From: Gammaproteobacteria bacterium
GTDB lineage: Bacteria; Pseudomonadota; Gammaproteobacteria; VBWC01
NCBI GenBank assembly: GCA_023266115.1
Contig: JAHFRU010000006.1
Location: 67,496 to 131,495, forward strand
Length of the DNA: 64,000 nucleotides
Direction: 5' to 3'
In this document: piece by piece, positions 11,131 through 32,108 of the stretch
Numbering within the stretch: the stretch's first letter is position 1
Layout of the letters: each line of letters starts with the position of its first letter
Made by a program: the position numbers and the translations under genes
The notes under the pieces: model-generated
The model's input: only the letters and a program-made list of their open reading frames with translations
Told to the model about the DNA's origin: nothing
Database searches by the model: none

Positions 11131-12491
11131 ACGGGATATTTTCCTCCATATTTTTCTTCGTCGTCGCGATCGGGGTACTTGTGGTGATACACGAGTATGG
11201 CCATTTCCTGGTCGCGCGCATTTGCGGAGTGAAAGTACTGCGGTTCTCGATCGGGTTTGGCAAACCGCTGTGGCGCTGGAATGGCCGCCGCGACAACACG
11301 GAATATGTCATCGCCGCAATACCGCTGGGTGGCTACGTCAAGATGCTCGATGAACGGGAGAGTGCGGTGCCGGCGAACGAACAGGGGCGCGCCTTCAATC
11401 GCCAGCCGCTCTACCGTCGTTTCGCCATTGTCGCCGCCGGGCCATTGTTCAATTTCCTGCTTGCCGTGGCGATCTACTGGATAATCTTTATCGCCGGTGT
11501 TCCCGGGCTGAAACCGATCGTCGGCAAGGTGGATGCGGCGGGTATCGCCTACCAGGGCGGCTTCCGTGACGGCGATGAGATCGTTTCGATCGCGGGCAAA
11601 CTGACGCCGACGTGGGACGCGACGATCCTGGTGTTGCTGGACAAATTGCTGGATCACGAGGCCGTGACGGTGACGGTCCGAGATCAGGCCGGGCATGACA
11701 GGAGCCGGACCCTGCGGCTCGACACTGCGCCAGTGGATCTGGAACGAACTAACTTTTTGAGCACCATGGGGATGGAGTCGTTCCGGCCGGACATTCCGCC
11801 GCGCGTCGATCGTATCAACGAGGGTAGCGCAGCGGAACGCTCCGGGCTCAGCAGCGGCGACCTGATCATTTCTGCGGACGGAGTGCCCATCCATGACTGG
11901 CAGGCGTGGGTCGAGCTTGTCCGCGCAAAACCCGGTCAGCTGATGGTCATCGACGTCAAGCGCGCTGACGAGGTGCTCCAGCTGCAGATACGGCCTGATC
12001 CGGTGACCGAGAACGGCCACGACGTCGGTCGTATCGGCGCGACGGTGGCATTCCCCGAAGGACTATCCGACCGTCTGCGCGCCGAGGTGAAATATCCGTC
12101 GGCCGCCGCGCTGCGTGCGGCGATAGTGAAGACGTGGGACACGTCGGCGCTAACGCTGCAGTTGCTTGGCAGGATGATCGTCGGCGAAGTTTCGGTGACC
12201 AACATCAGCGGACCGATCAGTATCGCGCAGTACGCCAGTTTTTCCGCAAGCGCCGGACTTATCCCGTTTCTGGGCTTTCTGGCGATTATCAGTATCAGTC
12301 TCGCCGTGCTGAATCTGCTGCCGATCCCGATGCTGGATGGTGGACACCTGCTGTATTTCATCGTCGAAGCATTAAAGGGCAGCCCGGTTTCCGAGCAGAC
12401 GGAGCTGTTAGGGCAGCGTATCGGGATTGTGGCGATCGGTGTGCTGGTGTTTGTTGCGCTATATAACGATATTGCGCGGTTGATCAATTAG
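11127..12491 (+). CDS. rseP: RIP metalloprotease RseP
   Basis: HEYGH zinc motif, two PDZ domains, [12 protein letters not shown]. Confidence 0.97.
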   Translation: MNGIFSSIFFFVVAIGVLVVIHEYGHFLVARICGVKVLRFSIGFGKPLWRWNGRRDNTEYVIAAIPLGGYVKMLDERESAVPANEQGRAFNRQPLYRRFAIVAAGPLFNFLLAVAIYWIIFIAGVPGLKPIVGKVDAAGIAYQGGFRDGDEIVSIAGKLTPTWDATILVLLDKLLDHEAVTVTVRDQAGHDRSRTLRLDTAPVDLERTNFLSTMGMESFRPDIPPRVDRINEGSAAERSGLSSGDLIISADGVPIHDWQAWVELVRAKPGQLMVIDVKRADEVLQLQIRPDPVTENGHDVGRIGATVAFPEGLSDRLRAEVKYPSAAALRAAIVKTWDTSALTLQLLGRMIVGEVSVTNISGPISIAQYASFSASAGLIPFLGFLAIISISLAVLNLLPIPMLDGGHLLYFIVEALKGSPVSEQTELLGQRIGIVAIGVLVFVALYNDIARLIN

Positions 12492-12500
12492 CAGGGGCCT

Positions 12501-14801
12501 GTGAACGCGATATTTTGCATAACCCGGCGTGGATGGCTGGCGTATTTCCTGTCGATATTGTTCGTCGTATCGTCGGCGTTCGCGTTCGATTCGTTCACTA
12601 TTGAGAATATCCGCGTCACGGGATTGCAGCGCATTTCGGAAGGCGCGGTCTTCAATGAGCTGCCCTTCAATACCGGCGAATTGATGGACGAGCGTCGGTC
12701 GGCGGAGGCGATCCGTGCGCTGTTTCGCACCGGCTTCTTCAAGGATGTCAATCTGCAACGCGATGGTAACGTGCTGGTAATTGCCGTTACCGAGCGGCCG
12801 GCGATTTCCGAGATCACTTTTGCGGGAAATAAGGACATTACGTCCGATCAACTGAAAGAGGCGCTCGAGAAGATCGGTCTTGCCAAGGGTCGGGTCTTTA
12901 ACCCGTCGTCGCTGGACAAGGTCGAAGGGGAATTGCAGCGCCAGTATTTTAATCGTGGCAAGTACGGCGTAAGCATCAAATCGGAAATCAAGCCGCTCGA
13001 GCGCAACCGCGTCGACATTTCGATCAACATCGCAGAAGGCCAGGTAGCGAAGATACGCAGTATTACCATCGTCGGCAACACGGTTTTCGATGACGACACG
13101 CTGCTGGGCAGATTGGAGCTGAATACGCCGACGATGTTTTCGTTTATCAGCGGCAACGATCGCTATGACAAGCCGAAGCTGACGGCGGACCTCGAGACAC
13201 TGCGGTCGTATTATCTGGATCGCGGCTACATCAATTTCACGATCGACTCGACGCAGGTATCGATAACGCCGGACAAGAAGAATGTCTATATCACCATCAA
13301 CATTTCCGAAGGTGACCGGTTTTCCGTCAAGGAGGTCAAGCTCGACGGCGATCTGATTGTCCCGGAAGAAGAGCTTGCCCGCCTCATATCCCTGGCGCCC
13401 GGTGATATTTTTTCGCGCAAGTTGAGCAGCGAGAGTTCCAGCAAGATCAGCGAACGGCTCGGCGACGAGGGTTACGCGTTTACCAACATCAATACCATCC
13501 CGGACATCAATATGGGGACAAAAGAGGTCTCGCTGACATTTTTTGTCGATCCGGGACGGCGGATTTATGTGCGGCGCCTGGGTATTGTCGGCAACGAAAA
13601 GACGCAGGACGAGGTTCTGCGGCGCGAATTTCGCCAGATGGAAGGTGGCTGGATTTCGACCGAAAAGGTCAATCGCTCGCGTGTCCGTCTGCAGCGGCTT
13701 GGCTATTTCGAAGGGATTAATGTCGAGACACCGACTGTGCCGGGCGTCAACGATCAGGTCGATGTGAATTTCAGCGTCAAGGAGCGCCCCGCCGGAACGC
13801 TGACCGCCGGTATCGGTTATTCGGATGCGCAGGGTGTGCTGCTCAATGCCAGCGTCAGCCATAACAATTTTTTTGGTACCGGCAAGCGGGTATCGACCAC
13901 CATCAACAACAGCTCGGTCAATACTATATACAGCCTGGGCTACACGAATCCGTACTACACGCTGGACGGCGTCAGCCGCGGTTTTGAATTTTCGTCGCGT
14001 CAGACGAACGCTGGACAGGCGGATGTTGGCGACTACCTGTCGGACGTCATCGAGGGTAGTGTTAATTATGGCATCCCGATAAATGAACTCCAGACCGTCC
14101 GTCTTGGCATCGGGCTTGAAAGTACTGATCTCCGTACCACGGTCAATACGCCGCAGGCGTTTATCGACTTCCTCAATGCGAATGCGAGCAGCTTTGATAT
14201 AATCAAGGGCACGGCTTCGTGGTCATACGATTCGCGCAACAGTACGTTGCTCGCCACGAGCGGAACGCTGCAATCCGTGTCGCTGGACGTTGCGCTGCCG
14301 GGCAGCGGTTTGACGTATTACAAACTGAATTCGCGCACGCGATGGTTCACTCCGTTAACCCGGTCGCTGACATTGTTGTTTAAGGCGGACATAGGTTACG
14401 GTGACAGTTATAGTGATACGACGGCACTGCCGTTCTTTGAGAATTTTTACGCCGGTGGCAGTCAGAGTGTGCGCGGTTACCGGTCCAATTCGTTGGGTCC
14501 GCAGGAAAACGACAAGCGGTTGGGTGGCGCGTTCCGGACCGTCGGTGGCCTGGAGCTGATATTGCCCGCGCCGTTTGCGTCGGACGTGGAATCATTCCGG
14601 CTCAGCGCCTTTGTCGACGGTGGAAACGTTTTCGCGGACGTGAATGACTACGACTCGGGAGATCTGCGTTTTGCTGCCGGCGTTGCAGCGATCTGGCTGT
14701 CACCGATTGGACCATTGACATTTAGCCTCGCGCGGGCGCTAAATGAGAAACCGGGTGACCGGACCCAGAATTTCCAGTTTTCACTCGGAACTTTTTTCTG
14801 A
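12501..14801 (+). CDS. bamA: Outer membrane protein assembly factor BamA
   Basis: Signal peptide, five POTRA-like repeats, FYAGG..SVRGY motif, W-SPIGPL-FS, C-terminal aromatic residues. Confidence 0.97.
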   Translation: MNAIFCITRRGWLAYFLSILFVVSSAFAFDSFTIENIRVTGLQRISEGAVFNELPFNTGELMDERRSAEAIRALFRTGFFKDVNLQRDGNVLVIAVTERPAISEITFAGNKDITSDQLKEALEKIGLAKGRVFNPSSLDKVEGELQRQYFNRGKYGVSIKSEIKPLERNRVDISINIAEGQVAKIRSITIVGNTVFDDDTLLGRLELNTPTMFSFISGNDRYDKPKLTADLETLRSYYLDRGYINFTIDSTQVSITPDKKNVYITINISEGDRFSVKEVKLDGDLIVPEEELARLISLAPGDIFSRKLSSESSSKISERLGDEGYAFTNINTIPDINMGTKEVSLTFFVDPGRRIYVRRLGIVGNEKTQDEVLRREFRQMEGGWISTEKVNRSRVRLQRLGYFEGINVETPTVPGVNDQVDVNFSVKERPAGTLTAGIGYSDAQGVLLNASVSHNNFFGTGKRVSTTINNSSVNTIYSLGYTNPYYTLDGVSRGFEFSSRQTNAGQADVGDYLSDVIEGSVNYGIPINELQTVRLGIGLESTDLRTTVNTPQAFIDFLNANASSFDIIKGTASWSYDSRNSTLLATSGTLQSVSLDVALPGSGLTYYKLNSRTRWFTPLTRSLTLLFKADIGYGDSYSDTTALPFFENFYAGGSQSVRGYRSNSLGPQENDKRLGGAFRTVGGLELILPAPFASDVESFRLSAFVDGGNVFADVNDYDSGDLRFAAGVAAIWLSPIGPLTFSLARALNEKPGDRTQNFQFSLGTFF

Positions 14802-14835
14802 TTTTTTGGCATATCGAATAGAGAGGACGGAAGTT

Positions 14836-15384
14836 TTGCGAAGCCTTGATCGTTGTCTTTTGGTTGTGCTGACCGCCGCTGTTTTGTTGCCGGGACTGGC
14901 GCTCGCTGACATCAAAATCGGATTCATCAATCCGATAAAAGTACTCGAAATGGCCCCTCAGGCGGAGGCGGCCCGCAATGATCTTGAACGTGAATTCGCG
15001 CAGCGCAAGGAAGACCTTGAGGCGGAGGATGCGAGCATCAAGCGTGCGGAGGAGAAGCTTGGCCGCGATACGGCCATCATGAGCGAATCGGAGCGTCAGA
15101 AACTCGAGCGCGATGTGCTGTCTCGTAAACGGGATGTGCGGCGGGCGAAAGAGGAGTTTCGTGACGACCTGAATCTGCGGCGTAACGATGAGTTGGCGAA
15201 ACTGCAGAAAGAGGTTCTCAAAGTGATCAATGAACTAGCAAAGGAAAAGGGTTTTGATCTGATCGTCGGTGAGGGCGTTGTTTATGCCTCCGAAGCGATT
15301 GATATAAGCGAACAGGTTCTGCAACGTCTGCGGCAGTTGCCGGTACCGGCCAATACCAAGTCCAGCAAGAAGCCCGGTGAATGA
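14836..15384 (+). CDS. skp: OmpH/Skp periplasmic chaperone
   Basis: Signal peptide then KIGFIN, long coiled coil, GFDLIV...VVYAS..IDIS. TTG start chosen from the GAGAGGA RBS; start approximate. Confidence 0.9.
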   Translation: MRSLDRCLLVVLTAAVLLPGLALADIKIGFINPIKVLEMAPQAEAARNDLEREFAQRKEDLEAEDASIKRAEEKLGRDTAIMSESERQKLERDVLSRKRDVRRAKEEFRDDLNLRRNDELAKLQKEVLKVINELAKEKGFDLIVGEGVVYASEAIDISEQVLQRLRQLPVPANTKSSKKPGE

Positions 15385-15387
15385 CGG

Positions 15388-16401
15388 GTGGCATGGACGC
15401 TCGGAGAACTGGCCAGACGAATAGGTGGTGAGGTCGCCGGCGACCCGGACTGCGTGATAACCGGTATCGCCACATTGCAGAATGCCCGGCCCGGCGATAT
15501 CACGTTTCTTGCGAATTCCCGCTATCGAAAGTATCTCGCTACGAACGCGGCGTCGGCGACGATTGTGTCGCCCGGTGACCGGGAGGTCTGTCCGGCGAAT
15601 GCGTTAATCGTCAAGGATCCGTATGCCGGATATGCGCGTATTGCCACAATACTCAACCCGCTGCCGTCCTTCTCCGCCGGGATACACCCGACCGCCAGCG
15701 TCGCCAGTGGCTGCGATATTGATCAAACAGCATTTGTCGGGGCGAACGCCGTCGTTGAACCCGGTGTGGTCATCGGCCGGAACGCCTACGTCGGTCCCGG
15801 TTGCGTCGTGGGCCCTGACGCGACCATCGGTAACGATAGCCGCCTGCTTGCCAACGTGACGGTGTGTAGCCGGGTGAGAATCGGTGAGCGTGCGTTGATA
15901 CACCCCGGCGTTGTGCTCGGCAGTGACGGATTCGGGCTGGCCAACGACAACGGCGTATGGATCAAGGTGCCGCAGCTCGGTGGAGTCAGTATCGGGGACG
16001 ATGTCGAGATCGGTGCGAATACCACCGTTGACCGGGGCGCGATTGAAGATACCGTGCTCGAGGACGGCGTAAAGCTGGATAACCAGATTCAGATTGGCCA
16101 CAATGTTAGTGTTGGCGCCCATACCGCAATCGCGGGATGTGTCGGTATTGCCGGTAGCACGAAGATAGGGCGGCGCTGTACCATAGGCGGCGGTGCCGGT
16201 ATTTCCGGGCATCTGGATATTGTCGATGATGTTCATATTACCGGGATGACATTTGTGTTGAAGTCGATCACCGCGCCCGGAGTCTACTCGTCGGGGATGC
16301 CGGCGGAACCCAATATGGTATGGCGGAAAAATATGGCACGTTTGCGTCATCTGGATGATTTAGCGCGTCGTGTTGGTGGTGTGAAGGCGCAGGAAGAATG
16401 A
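15388..16401 (+). CDS. lpxD: UDP-3-O-(3-hydroxyacyl)glucosamine N-acyltransferase
   Basis: Hexapeptide repeats, [31 protein letters not shown]. Confidence 0.97.
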   Translation: MAWTLGELARRIGGEVAGDPDCVITGIATLQNARPGDITFLANSRYRKYLATNAASATIVSPGDREVCPANALIVKDPYAGYARIATILNPLPSFSAGIHPTASVASGCDIDQTAFVGANAVVEPGVVIGRNAYVGPGCVVGPDATIGNDSRLLANVTVCSRVRIGERALIHPGVVLGSDGFGLANDNGVWIKVPQLGGVSIGDDVEIGANTTVDRGAIEDTVLEDGVKLDNQIQIGHNVSVGAHTAIAGCVGIAGSTKIGRRCTIGGGAGISGHLDIVDDVHITGMTFVLKSITAPGVYSSGMPAEPNMVWRKNMARLRHLDDLARRVGGVKAQEE

Positions 16402-16937
16402 AGAATGACGAACCGGCGAACTCTGCCGGACCGTTGCCGCCGATACAGCGATCGTCCGGGGTGGTTTCTCGAAAAGATGATAATCAAGTGATAAAAATGA
16501 ACATTAATGAAGTATTGCAGCATCTGCCGCACCGCTACCCGTTTCTGTTGATCGACAGGGTCCTGGAGTGTGTGCCCGGCGAATCGCTGACGGCGCTGAA
16601 GAACGTTACATTCAACGAGCCCTATTTTCTGGGTCATTTTCCGATAAAGCCCGTCATGCCTGGCGTACTTGTGCTTGAAGCGCTGGCACAGGCCACCGGC
16701 ATACTGGCATTCAAATCGACGAATTCGCGTCCCGATGACAAGTCTCTTTATTACCTGGTTGGTATAGACAACGCGCGCTTCAAGCAACCGGTCGAGCCCG
16801 GCGATCAGTTGATTCTGAAAGTCGACGTGACGCGGACGTTGCGCGGCGTCTGGCGGTTTAACGGCGTCGCCACAGTGGATGGCAAGGTGGTCAGCACGGC
16901 GGAGCTCATGTGCGTCGAAAAGGAAGTGGAGCCTTGA
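16398..16937 (+). CDS. fabZ: 3-hydroxyacyl-ACP dehydratase (start may instead be ATG 16497)
   Basis: [48 protein letters not shown]. Confidence 0.95.
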   Translation: MKNDEPANSAGPLPPIQRSSGVVSRKDDNQVIKMNINEVLQHLPHRYPFLLIDRVLECVPGESLTALKNVTFNEPYFLGHFPIKPVMPGVLVLEALAQATGILAFKSTNSRPDDKSLYYLVGIDNARFKQPVEPGDQLILKVDVTRTLRGVWRFNGVATVDGKVVSTAELMCVEKEVEP

Positions 16938-17704
16938 TCGATACGCGTGCGATCGTTGATCCCGGCGCGCGACTAGCCAAAGGTGTTACGGTTGGGCCGT
17001 TCTCGATAATCGGACCGGCGGTGGAGATCGGCGCGGGGACGTGGGTCGGCCCGCACGTCATTATCAACGGTCCGACCCGCATCGGCCGCGACAACCGTAT
17101 ATTCCAGTTTGCATCGATCGGTGAAGCGCCGCAGGACAAGAAGTTCGCCGGGGAAGACACGCGGCTTGAAATCGGCGATCGCAATACCTTCCGCGAGTCA
17201 TGCACGGTCCACCGTGGCACCGTGCAGGGCGGCGGGGTGACGCGTATCGGTAACGACAACTGGATCATGGCCTACGTGCATATCGCGCACGACTGCATCG
17301 TCGGCAATAACGTGATTTTTGCCAACGCCGCATCGCTCGCCGGACATGTCACGGTGGACGACTACGCGATACTGGGCGGATTTACGTTGGTACATCAGTT
17401 CTGCGTGATCGGCGCGCACGGTTTTACGGCGATGGGCAGCGTGATACCGAAGGACGTGCCGCCGTATCTGATGGTATCGGGGCACATGGCGCGGCCCTAC
17501 GGCCTGAACGTCGAAGGACTGAAACGGCGCGGCTTCAGCGCGGCCGCGCTCTCGGGTCTGCGTCGCGCCTACAAGATTCTCTACAAGTCCGGATTGACGA
17601 TCGATCAGGCGCGTGAGCAGCTCGCAGCGATGACGGCCGAGTTCCCGGAGGTCAATCTGTTCGTTGAATTTCTCGCCCGTTCGACCCGTGGCATTGTGAG
17701 ATAG
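16934..17704 (+). CDS. lpxA: Acyl-ACP--UDP-N-acetylglucosamine O-acyltransferase
   Basis: TTGA overlap start. [50 protein letters not shown]. Confidence 0.97.
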   Translation: MIDTRAIVDPGARLAKGVTVGPFSIIGPAVEIGAGTWVGPHVIINGPTRIGRDNRIFQFASIGEAPQDKKFAGEDTRLEIGDRNTFRESCTVHRGTVQGGGVTRIGNDNWIMAYVHIAHDCIVGNNVIFANAASLAGHVTVDDYAILGGFTLVHQFCVIGAHGFTAMGSVIPKDVPPYLMVSGHMARPYGLNVEGLKRRGFSAAALSGLRRAYKILYKSGLTIDQAREQLAAMTAEFPEVNLFVEFLARSTRGIVR

Positions 17705-17761
17705 CGATGCGGTCGTGCTCCGTCGGGTTTCCGGCGTGCCAAATCCGGTGGTCGTGATCAC

Positions 17762-18901
17762 GTGTTGCGTATCGGCGTCGTAGCCGGTGAGGCATCGGGG
17801 GATCAGCTCGGCGCCGGCTTGATTCGCGCGATTCACGCGCGGCACCCCGATGCCGTGTTCGAAGGCGTGGCCGGGCCGCAGATGGCGGCCGCCGGTTGCA
17901 ATGTGATCGTGCCGGCGGAAAGGCTTGCGGTGATGGGGCTGGTCGAGGTGCTGAAACATTATCGCGAGCTGCGCGCGATCCGCGCCCGGCTGGCACGGCA
18001 CTTTCTGGTAAATCCTCCGGACGTATTCATCGGTATCGATGCGCCTGATTTCAATCTGGGCCTGGAGCAGCGTCTCCGGCGGAGCGGTATCCGAACCGTT
18101 CATTACGTCAGCCCGTCGGTGTGGGCGTGGCGGCAGTCGCGTGTCAAAAAGATCGCCCGGGCGGCGGATCTGATGCTGACGTTGTTTCCGTTCGAGGCCG
18201 AATTCTACCGCCGCTCGGATGTCAACGTCTGCTTCGTCGGCCACCCGCTGGCGGATACGATTCCGCTGGTCATCGATCGTGCAGCCGCCCGCGAGAAATT
18301 GCAGTTACCCGGACAGAAAACGATTATTGCGCTGTTGCCGGGCAGCCGGCTGTCGGAAGTGAATCAGTTGGCACCGCTGTTTATCGACGCGGCGGCCCGC
18401 TGTCTGGAGAAGTGCCCGCAATTGCATTTTGTGGCCCCGTTAATTAATCGCGCAGTGCGTGAGCGGTTTGAGCAGCTGCTGGCTGGCGCCGGCAGTAATC
18501 TGCCAATCACGCTTTGCGATGGCCGTGCTCACGAGGTGATGGCGGCAGCGGACATGGTGCTGGTGGCCAGCGGTACGGCGACGCTGGAGGCCATGCTGTT
18601 AAAGCGGCCGATGGTCGTGGCCTATCGTCTTGCGCCGCTGACCCATTTTTTGTTGAAGCGCATGGTCAGGATCGGGCGGTTTGCCTTGCCGAATCTGCTG
18701 GCGGGCACGGAGCTGGTGCCGGAGTTTATTCAGGAACGTGCGACCGCCGCTAATCTCGCCGGCGCTTTGCTTGATTATCTGGATAACCCGGGCCAGGTGA
18801 GCGAGCTCGGGAAGACGTTCGAGCAGTGGCATATCACCCTGCGCCAGGGGGCGAGCGATAAGGCGGCCACCGCTATTCTGGCGTTGCTCGACAATCAATA
18901 A
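17762..18901 (+). CDS. lpxB: Lipid A disaccharide synthase
   Basis: [47 protein letters not shown]. Confidence 0.97.
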   Translation: MLRIGVVAGEASGDQLGAGLIRAIHARHPDAVFEGVAGPQMAAAGCNVIVPAERLAVMGLVEVLKHYRELRAIRARLARHFLVNPPDVFIGIDAPDFNLGLEQRLRRSGIRTVHYVSPSVWAWRQSRVKKIARAADLMLTLFPFEAEFYRRSDVNVCFVGHPLADTIPLVIDRAAAREKLQLPGQKTIIALLPGSRLSEVNQLAPLFIDAAARCLEKCPQLHFVAPLINRAVRERFEQLLAGAGSNLPITLCDGRAHEVMAAADMVLVASGTATLEAMLLKRPMVVAYRLAPLTHFLLKRMVRIGRFALPNLLAGTELVPEFIQERATAANLAGALLDYLDNPGQVSELGKTFEQWHITLRQGASDKAATAILALLDNQ

Positions 18902-18922
18902 ATAATTTATATATAAACAACA

Positions 18923-19531
18923 ATGACCGAAGTCCATCGTGATCTGTTAGCAGGCGATACCATGCTCATCGCCGGGGTCGACGAAGCTGGCAGGGGGCCG
19001 CTGGCCGGGCCGGTGGTCGCGGCCGCCGTGATACTCGCTCCGGAATATCTTATCGCCGGATTGGACGATTCGAAGAAGTTGTCGCCACTGCGGCGCGAGA
19101 GGCTGGCGGAACAGATACGCAGCCATGCGCTGTGTTATGCCATCGGCCGCGCCGACGTCGGCGAGATCGACGATATGAACATCCTGCAGGCGACCTTGCT
19201 GGCGATGGCCCGGGCGGTGAACGGCCTGGCGATCGCGCCTTATAAAATACTGGTTGACGGTACGCACTGCCCCCGCGTCGCCTGCGTGGCCGAGGCGATC
19301 ATCCGTGGCGATGCGCTGGTACCGGCGATATCGGCCGCGTCGATACTCGCCAAGGTGGAGCGCGATCGGGAGATGGTGGAGCTGGATCGGCAATATCCCG
19401 GTTATGGCTTCGCCGCGCACAAGGGATATCCGACGCGGGACCATGTCGAACGACTCCATGCACTCGGGGTGTCGCCCATACATAGACGTTCATTTTCTCC
19501 TGTTAGTCATATGATTAAGGTTAATAGTTAA
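18923..19531 (+). CDS. rnhB: Ribonuclease HII
   Basis: [49 protein letters not shown]. Confidence 0.97.
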   Translation: MTEVHRDLLAGDTMLIAGVDEAGRGPLAGPVVAAAVILAPEYLIAGLDDSKKLSPLRRERLAEQIRSHALCYAIGRADVGEIDDMNILQATLLAMARAVNGLAIAPYKILVDGTHCPRVACVAEAIIRGDALVPAISAASILAKVERDREMVELDRQYPGYGFAAHKGYPTRDHVERLHALGVSPIHRRSFSPVSHMIKVNS

Positions 19532-19592
19532 TTACATTCATTTGATCGTTTCGGTGCGGTTTGCCGGCGCCGGAAGGCGGTTGCTCCGGCCC

Positions 19593-19621
19593 TTGCAAGT
19601 CCATATCTGAAACTCGACACT
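19593..19621 (+). promoter_or_regulatory. Putative sigma-70 promoter immediately upstream of dnaE (leaderless geometry)
   Basis: TTGCAA-17nt-GACACT, then 6 nt to the dnaE ATG. No Shine-Dalgarno. Confidence 0.45.
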
Positions 19622-19627
19622 AGGCGT

Positions 19628-23119
<3,492 letters not shown>

Positions 23120-23203
23120 CCGCCGCAAAACAAAACGATTTATCCGCAGCGGCGATCACCCTATAATGCCACGCATTAGAACCTGGACGGATTTCACGGT
23201 AGC

Positions 23204-24163
23204 ATGAATCACAACTTTCTGGATTTTGAGCAGCCCATTGCCGAACTCGAGGCCAAGATCGAGGAGCTGCGTTACGTCGTCGGTAACGATGACGGCATCA
23301 ATATCAACGAAGAAATCGAACGTCTGGCGAGCAAAAGCAGGACGCTGACCGAATCGATCTTTGCGTCGCTCTCGGCCTGGCAAATCTCACAGGTCGCGCG
23401 CCACCCGCAACGACCGTACACGCCGGACTACGTGGCGCGCATGTTTACCGGTTTCGAGGAGCTGCACGGCGACCGCACCTACGCGGATGATGCCGCCATT
23501 ATCGGTGGTATCGCGCGCCTCGACAGCCGTCCGGTGATGATCATCGGTCATCACAAGGGGCGCAGCACCAAGGAGAAGATCCAGCGCAACTTCGGCATGC
23601 CGCGGCCGGAAGGCTATCGCAAGGCGCTGCGTCTGATGCAGATGGCCGAACAGTTCGGCCTGCCATTATTTACCTTTATTGATACGCCGGGCGCCTATCC
23701 CGGGGTGGGCGCCGAGGAGCGCGGCCAGAGCGAGGCCATCGCGCGCAACCTGATGGTGATGTCCGGACTCAAGACGCCGGTGATCTGTACCGTCATTGGC
23801 GAAGGCGGTTCGGGCGGTGCGCTGGCGATCGGTGTCGGCGATCAGGTATTGATGCTCGAATACAGTGTCTATTCGGTTATCTCGCCCGAGGGTTGCGCGG
23901 CGATTCTGTGGAAGGATGCGGCCAAGGCGCCGGAAGCGGCGGAAGCCATGGGCATCACCGCGCAGCGCTTGCTGGATTTGAGGCTGATTGATCAGGTCAT
24001 ACCGGAGCCACTGGGCGGTGTGCACCGCGACATCGATACAATGGCCGCGCGCCTGAAGGCGGCGCTAAAAGATAACCTCGACATGCTCGATGAATATTCG
24101 CTGGACCAGCTGCTGGCGCGTCGGCACGAACGATTGTTACGTCACAACTACTCCAGAGGCTGA
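23204..24163 (+). CDS. accA: Acetyl-CoA carboxylase carboxyltransferase alpha
   Basis: [57 protein letters not shown] at 23162-23167 upstream. Confidence 0.97.
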   Translation: MNHNFLDFEQPIAELEAKIEELRYVVGNDDGININEEIERLASKSRTLTESIFASLSAWQISQVARHPQRPYTPDYVARMFTGFEELHGDRTYADDAAIIGGIARLDSRPVMIIGHHKGRSTKEKIQRNFGMPRPEGYRKALRLMQMAEQFGLPLFTFIDTPGAYPGVGAEERGQSEAIARNLMVMSGLKTPVICTVIGEGGSGGALAIGVGDQVLMLEYSVYSVISPEGCAAILWKDAAKAPEAAEAMGITAQRLLDLRLIDQVIPEPLGGVHRDIDTMAARLKAALKDNLDMLDEYSLDQLLARRHERLLRHNYSRG

Positions 24164-24165
24164 AC

Positions 24166-28054
<3,889 letters not shown>

Positions 28055-28128
28055 CGCTCGCGTCTTCCGACAGGCGCCGGCATGGCGGCGATAGTTTGGT
28101 AATGATTGCAGAAACAGTGGTGTAGTGA

Positions 28129-29424
<1,296 letters not shown>

Positions 29425-29464
29425 TACGCCGGTTCGGTTCGGCGCCGCCGCATGGTCGGCGAAC

Positions 29465-29743
29465 ATGAGTACAACAATCCTGATGGTGGTACTGCTATTG
29501 GTGATTCTGCTGCTGCAGTACAAGTTGTGGGTCGGTGCCGGCAGTATCGCCGAGGTCTGGCGGTTGCAGGATGCAATCGAAACGCAGCAGCTGGAAAATA
29601 AAGGTCTGCGTGATCGTAACCAGGCGCTGCACGCCGAAGTGCGCGACCTCAAGAGCGGTACCGAAGCGATCGAGGAGCGTGCCCGTAACGATCTGGGCAT
29701 GATAAAAAAGGACGAGACGTTCTATCACATCGTTGATGAATGA
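29465..29743 (+). CDS. ftsB: Cell division protein FtsB
   Basis: TM helix, LQYKLWVG.GS, RNQALHAEVRDLK.G.EAIEERARNDLGMIKKDETFY. Lies between eno and ispD. Confidence 0.95.
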   Translation: MSTTILMVVLLLVILLLQYKLWVGAGSIAEVWRLQDAIETQQLENKGLRDRNQALHAEVRDLKSGTEAIEERARNDLGMIKKDETFYHIVDE

Positions 29744-29823
29744 GCGTTCTATTGCTTTTCCAATGCATAAAAATTAGTTAGTTATAGCGGTTATCCGGCG
29801 GATCGGTTGAGGTATGGCTGGCG

Positions 29824-30519
29824 ATGAATATCTGGGCGGTAGTGCCCGCTGCCGGGACCGGCAGGCGCATGCAGGCCGATATCCCGAAACAGTATCTGCT
29901 TCTCGACGGCCGGTGCGTGATCGAACACGCGCTGGCGGTTATCTGTGAGCATCCGCGTATTACCGGTGTCGTGGTTGCCATCGCCAGTGACGACCGCTGG
30001 TGGCCCACACTGACGCTGGATTTCAGGACGCCGCCGAAAGCGGTAGACGGCGGTCCGGAGCGGCGCCATTCGGTGCTCAATGGTTTGCAGGCGCTCTATG
30101 CTGCGGCTCCCGATGACTGGGTGCTGGTACACGATGCGGCCCGACCGTGCGTGATGCGTAGTGATGTTGACCGCCTGATCGATACGCTGCAGGATCACCC
30201 GATCGGCGGCCTGCTGGGCGTGCCGGTAGCCGATACCGTGAAGCGTACCGACATGCACGGGAACGTGGTTGAGACTGTCGATCGGGCGGGTTTATGGCGG
30301 GCGATGACGCCACAGATGTTTCGCGTCGGGATGCTCACGCAGGCGTTGGCTGCGGCAATCGGGCGTGGTGATCCGGTAACAGATGAGGCGGCTGCGGTGG
30401 AGCAGATGGGGTACAGGCCGGTCATGATCGAAGGACGCGCCGACAACATCAAGATTACCCGTCAGCAGGACTTGGCGCTGGCGGCACTGTATTTGAAACA
30501 ACAACAGGTGCGCCTATGA
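29824..30519 (+). CDS. ispD: 2-C-methyl-D-erythritol 4-phosphate cytidylyltransferase
   Basis: [11 protein letters not shown]...[31 protein letters not shown]. Confidence 0.97.
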   Translation: MNIWAVVPAAGTGRRMQADIPKQYLLLDGRCVIEHALAVICEHPRITGVVVAIASDDRWWPTLTLDFRTPPKAVDGGPERRHSVLNGLQALYAAAPDDWVLVHDAARPCVMRSDVDRLIDTLQDHPIGGLLGVPVADTVKRTDMHGNVVETVDRAGLWRAMTPQMFRVGMLTQALAAAIGRGDPVTDEAAAVEQMGYRPVMIEGRADNIKITRQQDLALAALYLKQQQVRL

Positions 30520-30989
30520 GAATCGGCCATGGTTTCGATGCGCACCGGCTTGAGGCGGGTCAGCGACTGGTGCTGGGCGGTGTTAATATCCCCTGCGACA
30601 AGGGACTGGTAGCGCATTCCGACGGCGATGTGCTGATTCACGCTTTGTGCGACGCGCTGCTCGGTGCCGCCGGTCTCGGTGACATCGGTCGGCATTTTCC
30701 GCCGGGCGATGCCTCGTACCGGGGTATCGATAGCCGCATTCTGTTGCGACGTGTCGTGACAATGCTCAATGAGCAGTCGCTGACGATATCGAACATCGAT
30801 ATCACGGTCGTTGCCGAGGCGCCGAAGCTCGCAACGCATATTCCGGCTATCAAAGCGATACTCGCCGAGGACCTTGGTGTGGAACCGGATCGTATCAACG
30901 TCAAGGCGACGACCACCGAGGGCATGGGTTATACCGGCCGCGGCGAAGGTATCGCTGCGCATGCCGTTACATTGCTCGATGAATATTGA
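30516..30989 (+). CDS. ispF: 2-C-methyl-D-erythritol 2,4-cyclodiphosphate synthase
   Basis: [50 protein letters not shown]. Confidence 0.97.
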   Translation: MRIGHGFDAHRLEAGQRLVLGGVNIPCDKGLVAHSDGDVLIHALCDALLGAAGLGDIGRHFPPGDASYRGIDSRILLRRVVTMLNEQSLTISNIDITVVAEAPKLATHIPAIKAILAEDLGVEPDRINVKATTTEGMGYTGRGEGIAAHAVTLLDEY

Positions 30990-31998
30990 TGCCCTCCCTC
31001 GAGCCTTGGGCGGCGCTCCGGCGGCGGGTTGTTTCCCAGTTCTGCCGCTGGACTTTCAGGTAGACGAGATTCTTGGCTTCGAACCGGACGGTGCGGGGCA
31101 GCACGTGCTTGTTCATATCCGCAAGCAGAATTGTAATACCGAGTGGGTGGCCCGACGCCTGGAAAAAATCGCCGGCGTGCGTCAGTCAGACATCGGTTAT
31201 GCCGGTCTGAAGGATCGGCACGCCGTCACGTCGCAATGGTTCAGTGTCGATCTGGCGGGCCGGCCTGAACCGGACTGGACGCAAATCGAGTCGGAGGATA
31301 TCCATGTGCTGCGCGTTGCCTGTCACGGGCGAAAACTGCGGCGGGGCACTCTGAGTGGCAACCGATTTGTCATGCGTGTCCGGGAGATTCGCGGAAATCA
31401 CACTGATATCGTTGCACGGCTGGAGCAGGTAAAAATCCGGGGCGTGCCGAACTATTTCGGCAAGCAGCGGTTTGGTTCAGACAACGTTGGCCGTGCGGAA
31501 GCGATGTTCACCGGAAAACAAAAGGTGCGCGACCGCCATTTGCGCGGTCTTTATTTATCGGCAGCACGCGCTTTTCTGTTCAACAAGATACTGTCAAGAC
31601 GTGTCGTCGACGGCACATGGGACCAGCCGATCGATGGGGATGCGATGTCATTGGATGGCAGCAACAGTTATTTTGTTGTCGATAACATCGACGAGGCAAC
31701 CGTCGGGCGTGCGGCCGCCCGTGATATCCACCCGACCGGACCGCTGTGGGGCCGCGGCGACATCGCCACGCGCCTGACGGCGCGCGAACTGGAACTGGCC
31801 ACGCTGGATGGTGACGGTATCTGGCGGGACGGGCTGGAGAAATTTGGCTGTATACAGCAGCGGCGTGCGCTGCGGACAACGGCGAGTGGTCTCGACTGGA
31901 AACTATACGACGACGCGCTAGAAGTTTCTTTTCAGCTGCCAGCAGGTAGTTACGCGACAGTATTGTTGCGAGAAATTATTAACGGCTCGGCCGCGTAA
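30979..31998 (+). CDS. truD: tRNA pseudouridine(13) synthase
   Basis: [62 protein letters not shown]. Confidence 0.95.
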   Translation: MNIDALPRALGGAPAAGCFPVLPLDFQVDEILGFEPDGAGQHVLVHIRKQNCNTEWVARRLEKIAGVRQSDIGYAGLKDRHAVTSQWFSVDLAGRPEPDWTQIESEDIHVLRVACHGRKLRRGTLSGNRFVMRVREIRGNHTDIVARLEQVKIRGVPNYFGKQRFGSDNVGRAEAMFTGKQKVRDRHLRGLYLSAARAFLFNKILSRRVVDGTWDQPIDGDAMSLDGSNSYFVVDNIDEATVGRAAARDIHPTGPLWGRGDIATRLTARELELATLDGDGIWRDGLEKFGCIQQRRALRTTASGLDWKLYDDALEVSFQLPAGSYATVLLREIINGSAA

Positions 31999-32022
31999 CC
32001 TGTGGCCCCGGTCTGCGACCGC

Positions 32023-32060
32023 GCGCTTCCCGGTTCCGAGGATCAGAAGCCGGGAAGTGC
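32023..32060. terminator. GC-rich hairpin between convergent truD and DUF2892 genes
   Basis: GCGCTTCCCGG (32023-32033) pairs with CCGGGAAGTGC (32050-32060). There is no strong U-tract, so terminator function is uncertain. Confidence 0.35.
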
Positions 32061-32108
32061 TCCTTGCGGCCGGCGACGGTCAGTACGCCGTGTCCGGGGC
32101 GGAACGTT

